In this document: piece by piece, positions 1 to 13,326 of the stretch | How positions within the stretch are numbered: the stretch's first letter is position 1 | Layout: each line of letters starts with the position of its first letter | NCBI GenBank assembly: GCA_964016885.1 | Contig: OZ024741.1 | Location: 19,716,001-19,780,000 of the forward strand | Reading direction: 5' to 3' | Length of the DNA: 64,000 nt | DNA from: Eledone cirrhosa | Taxonomy: Eukaryota | Made by a program: the position numbers and the translations under genes | Notes under the pieces: generated by a model | Seen by the model: only the letters and a program-made list of their open reading frames with translations | What the model was told of the DNA's origin: nothing | Databases searched by the model: none

Positions 1-174
1 TAGCAAGGCCCCGGCCCTGGAACAGATAAAAGCTAAAGAGTAGATATAATTTTCGACGCATATAATTCCATATTATAGCTTGTTGAACATCTTACAAGAA
101 GTTTTAAGACTGTTCCTTATATGTCGTTATATAAACTTGTAGAATACACATTGGAGATTGCGTCAAAAGATCAG

Positions 175-367
175 TCTATATATGTATGTTTGTATGCATA
201 TATGTATATGTGTGTATGGAGGTATGTATGTATATATACATATATATATGTGTGTGTGTGTATGTGTACATATGTATATATATACATATATACATACATA
301 CACATACACATAAGCATACACATATACATGTATATATATATATATATGTATAAATATATATATAAAT

Positions 368-402
<35 letters not shown>

Positions 403-449
403 CATGCACACATATATATATACGCACACACATGTACATATATATATAC

Positions 450-527
<78 letters not shown>

Positions 528-585
528 TTATATGTATATATGTATATATATATATATATACATATTATATATATATATTTATACA
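175..585. repeat. Compound (TA)n/(CA)n/(TG)n microsatellite, one of dozens in the window
   Basis: Direct reading; produces spurious [12 protein letters not shown] ORFs. Confidence 0.95.
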
Positions 586-587
586 TA

Positions 588-1290
588 TTGTTATACTTGG
601 GGAGGGTCATATTTGTGTAATATTGCCAGAATTAATAACAGAACACACTCACTGTTTGGTTGGTTTTCGCTTCTCTGTGTCTTTTATATCGGTAATCTAA
701 CTTATTCGGTCCTCAATGTTGCCATTGACTGACCGACGGTCAAAAATAATACAGATACAATATAGACACAAACACATATATATAGTTTATCATAAATCTT
801 TCGTTGCACATCTGCAACATCGTCAGTGGTGTTATATTTTCCTCCTGTTGTGTTGTATGTCTACGCCATTTTTATTCAGTCTGTCTATATATTTATTTAT
901 TTATTTGCTTGTTTGTTTATTTTATTTTGTCTTCTTTGCGCATGCGTTTGCGTGTGTGTATAGTGTTTTGTTTGCTGTGTGATGGGTGACTAGTGTGTGT
1001 TTATGTGCTTGTTGTTAGTGTGCTTGTGTATGTATTTATTTATTTATTTATTTTATTTTATTTACTTATTTATACTTCTCTTAGGTCAGTGTTGTTTGTT
1101 TGGGTGTTGTTATTCCATTCATTCTTTCTGTTCTTTCTTTCGTTCGTTCTTTCTGTTCATTCTTTCGTTCGTTCTTTCTTTCTATATTTATACAGATATG
1201 GGTATTATATGTTCAGATGTGTGTGTGTGTCTCTACGTGTGTGTGTTTGTATATGTATTAATAAATCATATTTAATTAGACATTTAAACA
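588..1290 (-). mobile_element. Penelope-like 3' tail/pseudo-LTR, diverged relative of the 11730-14160 element
   Basis: Shares ttgttatactt(g/t)gggagggtcat, ctacgccatttt and tgcgcatgcg with 11788-12080; carries a hammerhead at the equivalent position. Confidence 0.65.
789..830 (-). ncRNA. Minimal type I hammerhead motif (family A)
   Basis: ACCA-CUGACGA-U-GUUGCA(GAUG)UGCAAC-GAAA-G(AU)U-UA-UGAU; stem I has one mismatch. Confidence 0.65.
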
Positions 1291-1784
1291 TGGTAATGGA
1301 ACTGGAAGCTGTCATTACGGCCGTTAGAATCTCGCGCTGTTAGTTTCTCCAAGTCTCGTTGATAAACAGCCATATTTTAACGCCGCTATTGTTATAAACG
1401 TCTACATGAAATAATAGATGTCGCTTTAACCTTTATTTATAATGAAATTAGGTTTCGTTACTTGGCGAAGATATGTTTTGTTCTCTGTATATTTAACTAC
1501 TAATCTACTGGCTTCAATGAAGCTGAGAATAATATAACAAGAAGATCAAATAGTTGCAATGGTCGTGGTGGTGTGGTATTGGAGGTATTGATTGTGTTGG
1601 AGTTGCGGGTGTTGTGGGTAGTTAACTACGGGGACAGTCTTTGAGGTTGTGCGTTTCATAATAGTGTTAATGATGGTATAGTGATAAAGGTGATAGTGGT
1701 TCTGATGGTAGTAATATACATACATACGTACATAAATACGTACATACGTACATACATACATACATACATACATACATACATACA

Positions 1785-1811
<27 letters not shown>

Positions 1812-1815
<4 letters not shown>

Positions 1816-2420
1816 GGTGGCTGCCAACTCGTTTTCGAGTACGGCCACTACTTTATATCCATGTAGGAGAACCTCTACCGATGCGCTGAACGAGTGTGAT
1901 TTTTTAGTCCAGCCAGTGACTTGAAAACTCTGGTACAAACACTACACTTGTGACAATTATTGACACATAGTGCTGCGCCCATGGTACCATGTGACGACAA
2001 GTGCAGAGAGATCTCCAGATATAAAGCAATGCCTGTGCCGTGAAGCTTTTATAGTGAGCAAAGGCACTGCACAAAGCCAGTCCCACTCTCTTAACCAAGA
2101 TGATATTTACCAAAAAGAAGAACAAGTCAACATCATTGGATACCATTAGGGTTGCAGGTGTTATATCGGAGTTTTCCTTCTCCTAGAATTCTGCCTTGAC
2201 AAAGGCTAAGGGGTCATCTCTCTCGGTGATTTTGATGGCCATTGACTCTTAAGAGAACCTTTGCCCTTTGACAGGTTTTGTTTTTAGCCCTGCAGGATGT
2301 CCAAAGTCACCATCCTCACCAAGAAACCTTGGTGGGGTTGCCAGTTTAGTCGCCAACGACCCGACCATGAGACAGGTTGTACTGGGATACATGTTACCAG
2401 TAGCACCAACTGGTGACCAT
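1812..2420 (-). mobile_element. Bipartite RTE-derived non-autonomous retroelement with (ATGT)n tail
   Basis: ~600 bp unit repeated at 3179, 3762 and 59879; 3' part reads CSVCTRVFKSLAGLKNHTRSAHR, like the RTE C-terminal zinc finger near 6340-6410. Confidence 0.75.
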
Positions 2421-2464
2421 GCATACATACATACATACATACAATCATACATGCATACATAAAT

Positions 2465-3155
2465 ACGACTTCAAAGAGGGAAGATCAACCACCAATCGCA
2501 TCCTGGTGCTGAGGAGGATATTAGAGGGAGCTAGAGCAAAGTGCCTTCCTGCTGTCATGGTTTTCATTGACTTTAGGAAGGCCTTTGATTCTGTGGACCG
2601 TCACTGCCTGATGAAGATCTTACAGGCTTATGGAATCCCCAAGAAGATAGTGGACCTGATATCACTGCTCTACACCAACACCAAAGCCCAATTGATTACA
2701 CTTGGCCGGATGAAGAGTTCTTTGAGATACTGGCTGGAGTGCTCCAGGGAGATACATTGGCTCCCTACCTTTTTATCATCGCAGTGGACTATTGTATGTG
2801 CCTTGCACTGGAGAGACACCAGGATGGCTCTGAACATTAATCAGTATACACTAAAGATGAAAAATTCAAAGTTGTGTGAGAGCCTCCCCAAAGTTAGCTC
2901 GAAAGTAACACAGACGAGACTGAGGTTAGCTGGACATGCTCACTGACATTCAGAGTTGTCACTGCACTCAGTGCTCCTGTGGGAGTCGCTACACCGACGG
3001 ACACACTAGAAGAGGGAGGCCAAGGTTGACCTATATTGATGCTCTAAGGACAGACACAGGTCTATGGGAGACACAAGACATAGCGACAATGATGAGGGAC
3101 AGAGACCAATGGAGAGAACTCGTCCATGGATCTCGGGAATTTTACCCGTCCTAGA
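2465..3155 (+). pseudogene. Internally deleted RTE-group LINE (RT fragment plus 3' end)
   Basis: FIDFRKAFDSVD, frameshifted GVLQGDTLAPYLF, RRGRPRLTYIDAL. Confidence 0.85.
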
Positions 3156-3178
3156 TAGATACATAAATACATGCCCGC

Positions 3179-3755
3179 ATGGTGGCTGCCAACTCGTTTT
3201 CCAGTACGGCCACTACTTTATATCCATGTAGGAGAACTCCTACCGATGCGCTGAACGAGTGTGACTTTTTAGTCCAGCCAGCGACTTGAAATCTCTGGTA
3301 CAAACACTACACTTGCGACAATTATTGACACATAGTACTGGGCCCTTGGTACCATGTGACGACAAGTGCAGAGAGATCTCCAGATATAAAACAATGCCTG
3401 TGCCGTGAAGCTTTTATAGTGAGCAAAGGCACTGCACAAAGCCAGTCCCACTCTCTTAACCAAGATGATATTTACCAAAAAGAAGAACAAGTCAACATCA
3501 TTGGATACCATCAGGGTTGCAGGTGTTATATCAGAGTTTTCCTTCTCCTAGAATTCTGCCTTGACAAAGGCTAAGGGGTCATCTCTCCCGGTGATTTTGG
3601 ATGGCCATTGACTCTTAAGAGCTCCTTTGCCCTTTGACAGGTTTTGTCTTTAGTCCTGCAGGATGTCCAAAGTCACCATCCTCACCAAGAAACCTTGGTG
3701 GGTTTGCCAGTTTAGTCGCCAACGACCCGACTATGAGACAGGTTGTACTGGGATA
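3179..3755 (-). mobile_element. Bipartite RTE-derived element, copy 2
   Basis: Highly similar to 1812-2390. Confidence 0.8.
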
Positions 3756-3761
3756 CATACA

Positions 3762-4142
3762 TATGGTGGCTGCCAACTCGTTTTCGAGTACGGCCACTAC
3801 TTTATATCCATGTAGGAGTACTCCTACCGATGCGCTGAACGAGTGACATTTTAGTCCAGCCAGCTACTTGAAAACTCTGGTACAAACACTACACTTGTGA
3901 CAATTATTGACACATAGTGCTGGGCCCTTGGTACCATGTGACGACAAGTGCAGAGAGATCTCCAGATATAAAGAAATGCTTGTGCCGTGAGGCTTTTATA
4001 GTGAGAAAAGGCACTGCACAAAGCCAGTCCCACTCTCTTAACCAAGATGATATTTACCAAAAAGAAGAACAAGTCAACATCATTGGATACCATCAGAGTT
4101 GCAGGTGTTATATCAGAGTTTTCCTTCTCTTAGAATTCTGCC
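3762..4142 (-). mobile_element. Bipartite RTE-derived element, copy 3 (5' truncated)
   Basis: Highly similar to 1812-2195, tandem with copy 2. Confidence 0.8.
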
Positions 4143-4394
4143 TAGAATTCCGCATACATACATAAATACGCACATACATACATACATATATACATACATA
4201 CAAGCAGACAAACATACATACATACATTCATAAATATACACATACATACACACATACATACACACATACATACACATATACAAACAAACAAGCATACATA
4301 AATACATACATACATACATACATACATACATACATACATACATACATACATACATACATACATACATACATACATACATACACACATACAAACA

Positions 4395-5935
4395 TACATT
4401 GGACCTCATTACACAATTTTCTGCAGACACCAGAATGAAATTTGATGAGTCCAAATGTGCATATTTGACAGTAAAACTGGAAGGGTTGTGCCCTCCTCTG
4501 GAAATCTAGAGATGAACTGCTTGACTATAAAACCTCGACAGTCAGGTGACAACTACAGATATCTTGGACATGATGAGAACGTTAGGTATGGTGGACCCAT
4601 AAATAAAGTGAGAACCAGAATTGAATACCTCAGGAGAGTAAAGAAAATATGGTCATCAGAACTATCAGCGTGCAAACAAATATATTGTCCACAATACTTA
4701 TGCTGTGCCAATCATAACACCAACATTTGGTCTGCTGAACTGTCATTGCAAGAACTAAGTGAGATGGATGTAGGAACTCGCAAGCTTCTCAGTATTACTG
4801 GAAACTTTAACATCAATGGTGATGTGGATAGGCTATACTTCTCACGCAAGGAAGGTGGCCGGGGTCTAAAATCCATATTAACATCATGCAAGTCTCGAAT
4901 AGTAACACTGAAGCAACATCTTCAGAAGAAAAAGGTCAGCAACCATCTTGCCCAGGTCTATGAGCATGAAGGAAATAATATCATTAGGATAGCCACTGAT
5001 CTGCAGGAGAGATATGGAATAAGGCCTGATATAAATCTCTCTTCCAGGGAAATTGGAAGATCCTATTCAATGTTCGAACAAGATAAAAAATGGACCAATT
5101 TATAGAGAAAGTTGTGCATGTGTACCTGACACGAAAAGCACAGACCATAAGGGAATAATTCTTTCAAAAAGCCTGGCATGGAGTTCCGACAAATTTATGA
5201 CATCCCACCTTGAAGGATATCTCTATGCAATACAGAAACAAGAAATCCCTACCAAATATTTGCTAAACAAAAGGGGAGGGCCATCAGTTGATAATAAAAG
5301 TAGGCTTTGTAAAACAAAGATTGAATATGTTAGCCACTTTGTTACCAACTGTGAAAGAATGTCGTCTCACTACTACCTCCCTATGAGACACGATGTGATA
5401 GCTAGAACCATCTGGAACACACTTAGGAAAACAAAATTAAAAACAAATGAGGAGGAATATGTTGAGATAGATAATACTAAGGAATACTGGTCGAACCTGA
5501 AAATAAAAACTGGCACCAAATTAATGTACAACCGGCCTGATATTGTTGTTTGGGACTACACATTGAAAACGTGCTCTGTTGTAGAGATCAGCTGCCCACT
5601 TGATGTAAACGTTCTAAGAAAAATTCAAGAGGAGGTGGACATCTACGGCGTTTACAGATACAGTATCCAAGATACACCTTCAATTTCATATCCAGCATTA
5701 TTGGAACTACAGGTTATATACCAACCTGCTTAGACCAAAGTATAACTGAACTTGGATTTTGTGGAAAAAGAGCGCAGCTCCCTGATTCATAGACTACAAT
5801 TGGTTGCGATATCTGGCACCTTCAAAATTTGCAAAACATTCTTGCGATTCAAGGGATCACAATTTCTTTTCTCTTACAACCTTGCCACCAGGAAGGTGGC
5901 CGGTCAAAAATGTACTCGAAAGGAAGAGTAAGATA
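4395..5935 (+). pseudogene. R4/Dong-like non-LTR retrotransposon fragment (RT thumb, CCHC knuckle, restriction-like endonuclease)
   Basis: YRYLG, RLYFSRKEGGRGL, degenerate CRLC..H..C, RHD, NRPDIVVWD..VEISCP; frameshifted. Confidence 0.85.
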
Positions 5936-5959
5936 GATATAATACATTCATATATATAT

Positions 5960-6092
5960 ATACATGATGGCTGCCACCTCGTTATCGAGTATGGGCATTG
6001 CACGAGGAGAATAAAAAAAATAAAAAAAATAAAAAAATAAAAAATAAAAAAATTAATAAATAAATAAAAAAGAAAATAAAAATTAAAAAAAG

Positions 6093-6145
<53 letters not shown>

Positions 6146-7575
6146 CATACACATACATATACATACACACACATATATACACACACATATACATTAATAA
6201 CAATAATAATAATAACAACAATAATAATAACGACAACAACAATAATAATATACATATACATATATATATACACATACACGCACATACATAAACATATCTA
6301 TACACACACACACACACACACGATAGCAACTGAAAGCGCTGCGATCGAATGTGGCTTTTTAGCCCAGCCAATGATCTAAAATGTCTTGCACAGAGTCGGC
6401 AACCAAAACATTCACTGGGAATAGTCGGCTGTGGTTGGAGTTCGTGTACTTTTGCATGTCGCTTGAGCCCTCCTGCTGATTTACATTCTCTACCACATGT
6501 TTGGCAAGCATGATGAGTAGCATCTCCAACAGCAGCCTGGTAGTCAACCACTGGTATTACTTTATGACTGCGAAGATGACTTTCGAGTCCAGCTTTGCTT
6601 AGGCAGAGTCTCACACAGACGCTGCATGTCAGCACCATAGGAGGACCCTCGCCGTCTGGAAGTGCAACAGCAATGCCCTTCCTCACATCCCGCTTTACTT
6701 TCTCGTATGCGATTCGAGATGCCTCAAAGGCAACTTTTCCCTCATATACAGTCTTTCTCCATTTATTACGATCAGCAGCAATATTTTCCCATGTATCAGC
6801 AGAGATGTTAGCGTCTTTCAGAGAGGCTTTCAAGGAATCCTTATACCTCTTTTTTGGTTTATGTGGCGGTCGTTTTCCTTTAACCAACTCTCCATAAAAG
6901 AGTTGTTTGGGTATTCTAGAATCCTTCATCCTGGCAAGGTGACCACTCCAACGGAGTCGTTGCTTAAGCACAAGATCTTCTCTACTGTCACACATAGAGC
7001 TTTCCAAAATCTCGAAATCACTGATGTGGTCCCTCCAGTGAACGCTATGGATCTGTCTGAGACACATCTGATGGAAACGCTCCAATTGCTTAAGGTGGTG
7101 TCGATATGTGACCCAAGTCTCGCAGGCATAAAGAAGACAAGAGAGCACACATGCCCTGTACACCTTTACCTTTGTCCTCCTGCATATGTCTCGCCGACCC
7201 CAGAGTCGCCTTTCTAGCTTTCCGAAAGCATCACTTGCTTTCCTAATCCTAAGTGAGATTTCACTGTCAAGGTTGCTGTATCGATTGACAGTGCTTCCCA
7301 GGTAGACAAACTGATCAACCACTCCAAGTCGTTTACCATACACATAGATATTTGGTTCAGTGTACTGCTTACCAGGGGCAGGTTGGTACATGACGACGGT
7401 TTTCTTGAGACTGACAGTCAATCCTAGGGCAATGCAAGCGTCAGAAAATGCATTCAAAATGTGCTGCATATCACTCTCTGTGTGCGCTACAAGATCGCAA
7501 TCATCTGCATACAAGAGGTCTCTTATGATTGATGTAAATACTTTTGTCTTTGCAGCAAAGCGCCTGATGTTAAAC
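5960..7575 (-). mobile_element. 5'-truncated RTE LINE (RT C-terminus, three C2H2 fingers); 3' end split by simple repeats at ~6010-6320
   Basis: LLYADD, FVYLGS, LLYACETW, RLRWSGHLARM...PKQLFYGEL; open frame ~6330-7575. Confidence 0.9.
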
Positions 7576-7647
7576 ATACATACATACATACATACATACA
7601 TACATACATACATACATACATACATACATACATACATACATACATAC

Positions 7648-7960
7648 ATGATGATGACTGCAATTCGATTTCGAGTAAAGCCATCGCTTGATACTTACTC
7701 ATGAGCATCACGGACGTGGCTTTTTAGTCCTGCTAGGGGCATGCACACTCTTGCTCAGATGTTCCAACGATGGGGGCTTCCCACAATGCGTTACAATGTG
7801 GTATTGCTTTTTTTGGCTACAACCAGCTATGCCATGCAACGCAAAAGATGTAACATAACAAACGATGCCTGTGCTTGAAGCTTTTGTAAGTAAGGCTTTG
7901 CACGGGGCCAATCCCAACTCTCTGAACATCGAATACATTTGCCCCAAAAGTTGAATTTGT
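7648..7960 (-). mobile_element. Diverged RTE 3'-end fragment related to the bipartite element
   Basis: atgcctgtgc..gaagcttttg/gcacggggccaatcccaactctct match 2027-2092; (ATGT)n tail. Confidence 0.55.
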
Positions 7961-7989
7961 CTACATACATACATACAGACAGACATAAT

Positions 7990-8385
7990 TTAGAGCAATG
8001 AAAGAGTACTGGTGGAATGTTCCAGTCAAAACTCCAATAAAATGCAGGCAAACAGACGACCAGATATAATGATATGGGACAGGGGAAAAAAGGCATGCCC
8101 AGTAGTGGAAGTTAGCTGCCCAGCAGATGTCAATATAATATTACAGATTAGCGACAAGTAGAACATCAATGCAGAACTAATGAGGAATCTGCAGATACTC
8201 CATCCTGACTATAACTTCAGATTTGTACCTGTGATTATTGGGGCACTGGGTATGTTAGTAACTGCCTCAATACAAATCTTTTCACCGAACCAGCGAGAAC
8301 ACGACTAGTTAGGAAGTTACAAGTACAATCCATTAATGGAACTGTAGAAATACATACATTCCAAAAATTATGCATGTAGTAACTA
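7990..8385 (+). pseudogene. R4/Dong-like endonuclease fragment
   Basis: Closely similar to 59250-59640 (KEYWWNVPVKTPIKCR, RPDIMIWDR, VEVSCPAD). Confidence 0.8.
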
Positions 8386-8466
8386 CAAAAATGACGCATG
8401 TGTGTATATATATAACTCAAAACATACTCACATATATCATATTTATATATATGCATATATATATAT

Positions 8467-8912
8467 ACTAGACCTGAAAAATGCGCAAGCTCAAAAGAGC
8501 CACAGAATGTTATAATAAACCTTCAAAAGTGTGGGACTAGAGTTGTTGCTCAAAAATATTGTAACCATTATCTATCGTACACTCTGTGGCATCCTTTTAT
8601 AAAAAAGAGACTCATAACGAACTCAAGACGACACGATAATTATTTAAGCTAATGTTCAATATCTCATATTAGATGTTTAGTAATGATTAATACGAAATGC
8701 ACTTAAACCGAATTCTATATTATAAATTCACTTAAATAATTATCGTGTCGTCTTGAGTTCGTTATGAGTCTCTTTTTTATAAAAGGATGCCACAGAGTGT
8801 ACGATAGATAATGATTACAATATTTTAGAGCAACAACTCTAGTCCCACACTTTTGAAGGTTTATTATAACATTCTGTGGCTCTTTTGAGCTTGCGCATTT
8901 TTCAGGTCTAGT
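8467..8912. repeat. Fold-back: ~180 bp near-perfect inverted arms (8467-8648 / 8731-8912)
   Basis: Reverse-complement match read by eye with few mismatches. Confidence 0.9.
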
Positions 8913-9769
8913 TTAACATTTTTTTAAGGCAACGCTTGTAATAACTCTAGTTAAACATGATATATATTAATAATAAATTATCGTTGTAATGTAATTAGAT
9001 TATATAATTGTTATTTTATAAATGATCTTATAAATATTATTGTAAGATGTATAAAAATATTTTCAGACTTTTAATATAAACAACTACAAAAAAACAATCA
9101 ATATTAAATAAATATATTTTACATAATATTTTACATAATATTTGTTATAGTTGAATTAATAAAAATTAAATATTACATACAAATAGTCTAACATAATAAT
9201 AAAAAAAATAATCTAACATAATAATAATAAAATATTCTAACATAAAACGAACAATAATATGGACATATATACAAGTAAATATGATACAACCAATATTCTA
9301 AGCATGTTATAACGAACTGAAAAAAAATAGTTAATATAAATTTTAAAAATTCATATATAAATTAACAATATAACTTACCAAAACGAGAAAAATATTTTGA
9401 TGATAAAACGACAAAATACAGGAGAGAGATTCGAAAGCGAAACGATAAATAAACGTGCAAGCAAAACGCTTTTGAGCAACAATTACTCTCGTTGGTTGAT
9501 TAGCCAATAAGACGATTAAATTAGCCAACAAGACGATACATTACAAAACATGTTTGGAAGGAATCGCCACGGCCAGCGATACCCCTTGAATCTTTTATTC
9601 ACAAACTACGCATATATTGTCAGACAACATGCAGACTTAAAACATTCTGTTGTTAGTCACTGCTTGTCTAACAGATAGTAACAGGAAGAAACAATGAAAA
9701 CATTGGAATTTAAACCAATGTTAACAAAGAGTGAAAATAATGGAAAAGAAGAATGAAGACGTGCAATGT

Positions 9770-10150
9770 TATCCACGGTGGCGAACCCCTCGTCTGGGAT
9801 GCCACTTGCAGCGACAATTTCTCCAGCCGCAACCTGGTGCAGTCTGCGACTAACCCAGGTACTGCTGCACGTCGGGCTGAGGAGGCCAAACTCTCCAAGT
9901 ACCGGTCGCTCTCCGACAGGTTCACGGTCGGGTCCATGGCAGTGGAAACTTCTGGTGTCCTTGGCCCTATGGCTACCTCCCTACTCACCACCATAGGCGC
10001 TGAGCTAGCCAGCCGCAGGTGTGAGCCTCGCGAGTTGGAATGGCTCTTCTAGCGCATCTCCCTACCATTCTCCGGGGAAACGCCTTCTCCATCCTGTCCG
10101 CCGGGGCTGTTGGGAGGCCAGCACGTGGGACCCCATTTGCTCACCATACG
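9770..10150 (+). pseudogene. CRE-clade retrotransposon C-terminal RLE fragment
   Basis: GEPLVWDATC, AEEAKLSKY, AVETSGVLG, WLF*RIS; second copy at 51890-52346. Confidence 0.8.
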
Positions 10151-10529
10151 GCTTAATAGGCAAAGTTATAAACTATTGTAAATAATCATATATTACACCT
10201 TAAATAAATAAAATGTATACTGAAAAAACAAGATTGTCACGCTTTATTTCATATTTTCATATTAATACAGCGTTGATATTGCCCTTGTTTTTACAGCAAA
10301 TCTTGCGATATAGAACTTTTCCTTTCTTCTTTCTCTACTGAAATTTATTGATAGAACCAATCAAAAACCAGCATTGACAAAGGTTTCGTTCTTGCTATAC
10401 AGTGTGACAGAGATAACTCCAGAATTTTTACCTGGCAACGGTGCCGTGGCGTTACAGCGTTGCGATGTTTCGAGAACGCCTTTAGATAGTATCACACTTC
10501 AGTAGATGTCTGGCCATTCACACACGAGG

Positions 10530-10990
10530 TGCTTAGTAATTGACAAGTCTTGAGAATGTGATCGTTGAGCTGTTGATGTAGAGAGACTTGATGCGGGCCA
10601 CAAAGCCAAGGAAATCATTGAATGGTTTCAATACCCTAAAACCATGGTCTACAAAATTGCAGAGGCATATTTCAGGCCAGAACGCAAGAGTCAAAAGAAG
10701 CGCTCTGGCACCACCAGGGCGCCTGTGTCCGTTACCGACGTTGCTCAGGACGAACCCCAGCAAAAGCATGAGGGCAATGGCAAAGGAAATGGGCAACAGT
10801 AGGTGAACAGTCGGGTGTATTGCCAAGGAGGACTTGAATTATAAATCTTATGAGCTCAAGAGATGTCGCTTGTTCACCGAAGCTCAGAAGGAGGAGAGGA
10901 AGCTGAAGGTGTCAGCCTTGATAAACGACTTCAAACACACGAGCATCAGGATGCTGGAGAAAGAGGTGATCGCTGATGGTAGCCACATAG
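10530..10990 (+). pseudogene. Tc1/mariner-like transposase N-terminal remnant
   Basis: RTNPSKSMRAMAKEMG...KEDLNYKSYELKRCRLFTEAQKEER resembles the mariner/maT second HTH region. Confidence 0.6.
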
Positions 10991-11660
10991 AGTGATTTTT
11001 ATTAGTTATATATCTGCCTAACTCTGTATAAAGTTTCATCAGCCATTAGTTTTTCCGGATATATCTGCGCCAAACTGTTTATTTTTCCCATTTCTTTTGA
11101 AGATCCTCCTCTTCATATTATAGATACAGGGTGTCAATAAAACTCGACTGTTATTCTAACATTTTCCAAACCTTTTCTACCTTGTTAGGATTGATAGACT
11201 CACATGTTCATTTCCTACTTGGTTGGTCTCCTTCTATTACAGCTCTTTTTTCTTTGTTTTGGTAGATCTACCAAATCATGATATATATTTTCCAATACAT
11301 ACATATATATATATATCTATATATATACGCACATACATATATTAAATATACTTATTCATTTTATTTCTATATTTATTATATTTATTAATTGTCGGATATA
11401 GTGAGTCTAACTACAAATCGTTGGCATCCTACCTCTAGTTGAAGCACATTTCACTCTAATTCTCCTTCATGACTCCCTAAGTCTTTCATGTTTTGTCTCA
11501 TATATCCATGTGCTTCTACTGTATATTGTGTTACAAAGGAACCTAGAACTCTGGCCTCAGGATATATTTTAGCAAACTAGATAATGAATGATATCAGGGA
11601 GAGGACGTTGTATCACTTTAGTATACGAATTTAAATTATTTAATTGAATTTATAATATTT

Positions 11661-11730
<70 letters not shown>

Positions 11731-11942
11731 CGTTTCTGAATTTGTTTGGCAAGATTCTTTATCTTAAATCGTGTGTTGAAACCGATATTGTTATACTTTG
11801 GGAGGGTCATGTTGCCAATAAGAAACACACGCACCAGTTGCTTTCACTTCAATTTATTATATATTTATAAATTTACAAGTTTATAAATTTATAAATTTCT
11901 GGTTAGTTGGTTGGTTCCACAACCAGATAGTTGTTTATATAT

Positions 11943-11987
11943 AGTCATAGTCCTTTCGTCACACACTCTGTGACCTCTTCAGTGACT
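11943..11987 (-). ncRNA. Minimal type I hammerhead (family A), inverted copy
   Basis: Reverse complement of 13901-13945. Confidence 0.75.
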
Positions 11988-12199
11988 GGGGATTCCTTTC
12001 TTTGTTTCTGTGCCTCTCCTTTGTTCTGTCCTACGCCATTTTGTTTCTGTGTGTGTGTTGTGTGCTCAGTCTGCGCATGCGCCACATCCGGGTGTCTGTG
12101 TGTGTTTATGTTCATTTATCTATTTGTTTATTTATTTACTTATTTACATGTTACTGGTTGGTTGTTTGTTCTATGTGTGTGTGTGTTTTCATTTTGTCC

Positions 12200-13326
12200 T
12201 TAATTGTAAGTTGTGATGTTGCTGTTCCACTCATATTTTCTATTTAATTTTGGTTGTAATTCTTTTATGTTTATTGCCTCTGTAATTTGTCTAAACATTG
12301 CGTCTTTTCTGTGTGTAGATTCTATTTTTATTTCTATGTTCTCTAATTTACCCTTGTGTTCTATTTTAGCATGTTGGTAGACTACAGATGATTCTTTACT
12401 ATCTTGAAGGTCTCGCCAGTGTTCATTTATCCGTTCCCCTATACTACGAGCTGTCTCACCTATGTACACTATATTTTTGTCTCTACATTGTCCTTCAGTA
12501 CATCTTATGCTATACACTACATTTCTAGTTTTACAGTTAATATGGGGGCTTATTTTACAGGTTATACATTTCTTATCTATACATGAGGGTCTTTGAAAAG
12601 GGTATGTCTTGCTAATAAGTGTTTTTACGGAGGTACCTGGTCTTTCTACTATCTTAATATTGAGATTATGTTTATTTAGGGCCCTTCTAAATTTGTAGGC
12701 TAGTTCGCCTCTAGAGGTTGTATTGATGAACATTACACTCTGGTATTTATTGCTATCATACCATGAGTTTATTCTATTAGTCTTGTTCCTAGTTCTTTCT
12801 ATTCTATTCCAAAACTTGCTCCTATACAAGGGGCAGGTCCCATTTATGTCATTATTTACCATTTTTTCCCATTTGGTTCTGGCTCCTCTATACACTCTGA
12901 TTCTATCTCTCTGATTGTAGCCAGAGAACTGCATACGGTGGATGAAGTGTTGTATGTGTCTCTCTAGTTCTTCGGGGTTGCACATGCGGGACACATTTCT
13001 CATCATTTGTACCAAATCCGCAATCAGTATGTTGATTTTGGTATGGTCCGAAATGGCCGAGTTTCGGTGGATCAGATGTTTGGAAGTCATGGGTTTGGCA
13101 TAATGGGAATGGAGGATTTGTTTTTTGTTGTTAATGGTATCTAACCAGAGCTCTGTGTCTAGTACAGGTAATCGATGGTTGGGGTGTCTACTTGGGTAGT
13201 CTATAGTAACTCTAATGCTCTGGTGGATGGAGTTTGCTATTTGCTGGATGCTTTCCATTGTGTTTTTCTCTAGTTCCTGACTGTTCTCTAGTGGGGGTGT
13301 CTTAACTACGATGTTTATATCATCAA
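12200..13326 (-). CDS. 5'-truncated Penelope-like RT plus GIY-YIG endonuclease (Nematis/Neptune-like)
   Basis: VDDINIVV, LPVLDTELW, HYAKPM, CxxxxCxxC..C, VVYSIRC..YIGETARSIGERINEH; ORF residues upstream of 13326 come from the inverted arm. Confidence 0.85.

Noticed and set aside
121-732. Long [16 protein letters not shown] ORFs here and throughout the window
   Set aside because: Translations of stop-free microsatellites
1904-2146. 80-aa ORF conserved in four places
   Set aside because: Reflects recent copies of one repeat, not evidence of coding selection
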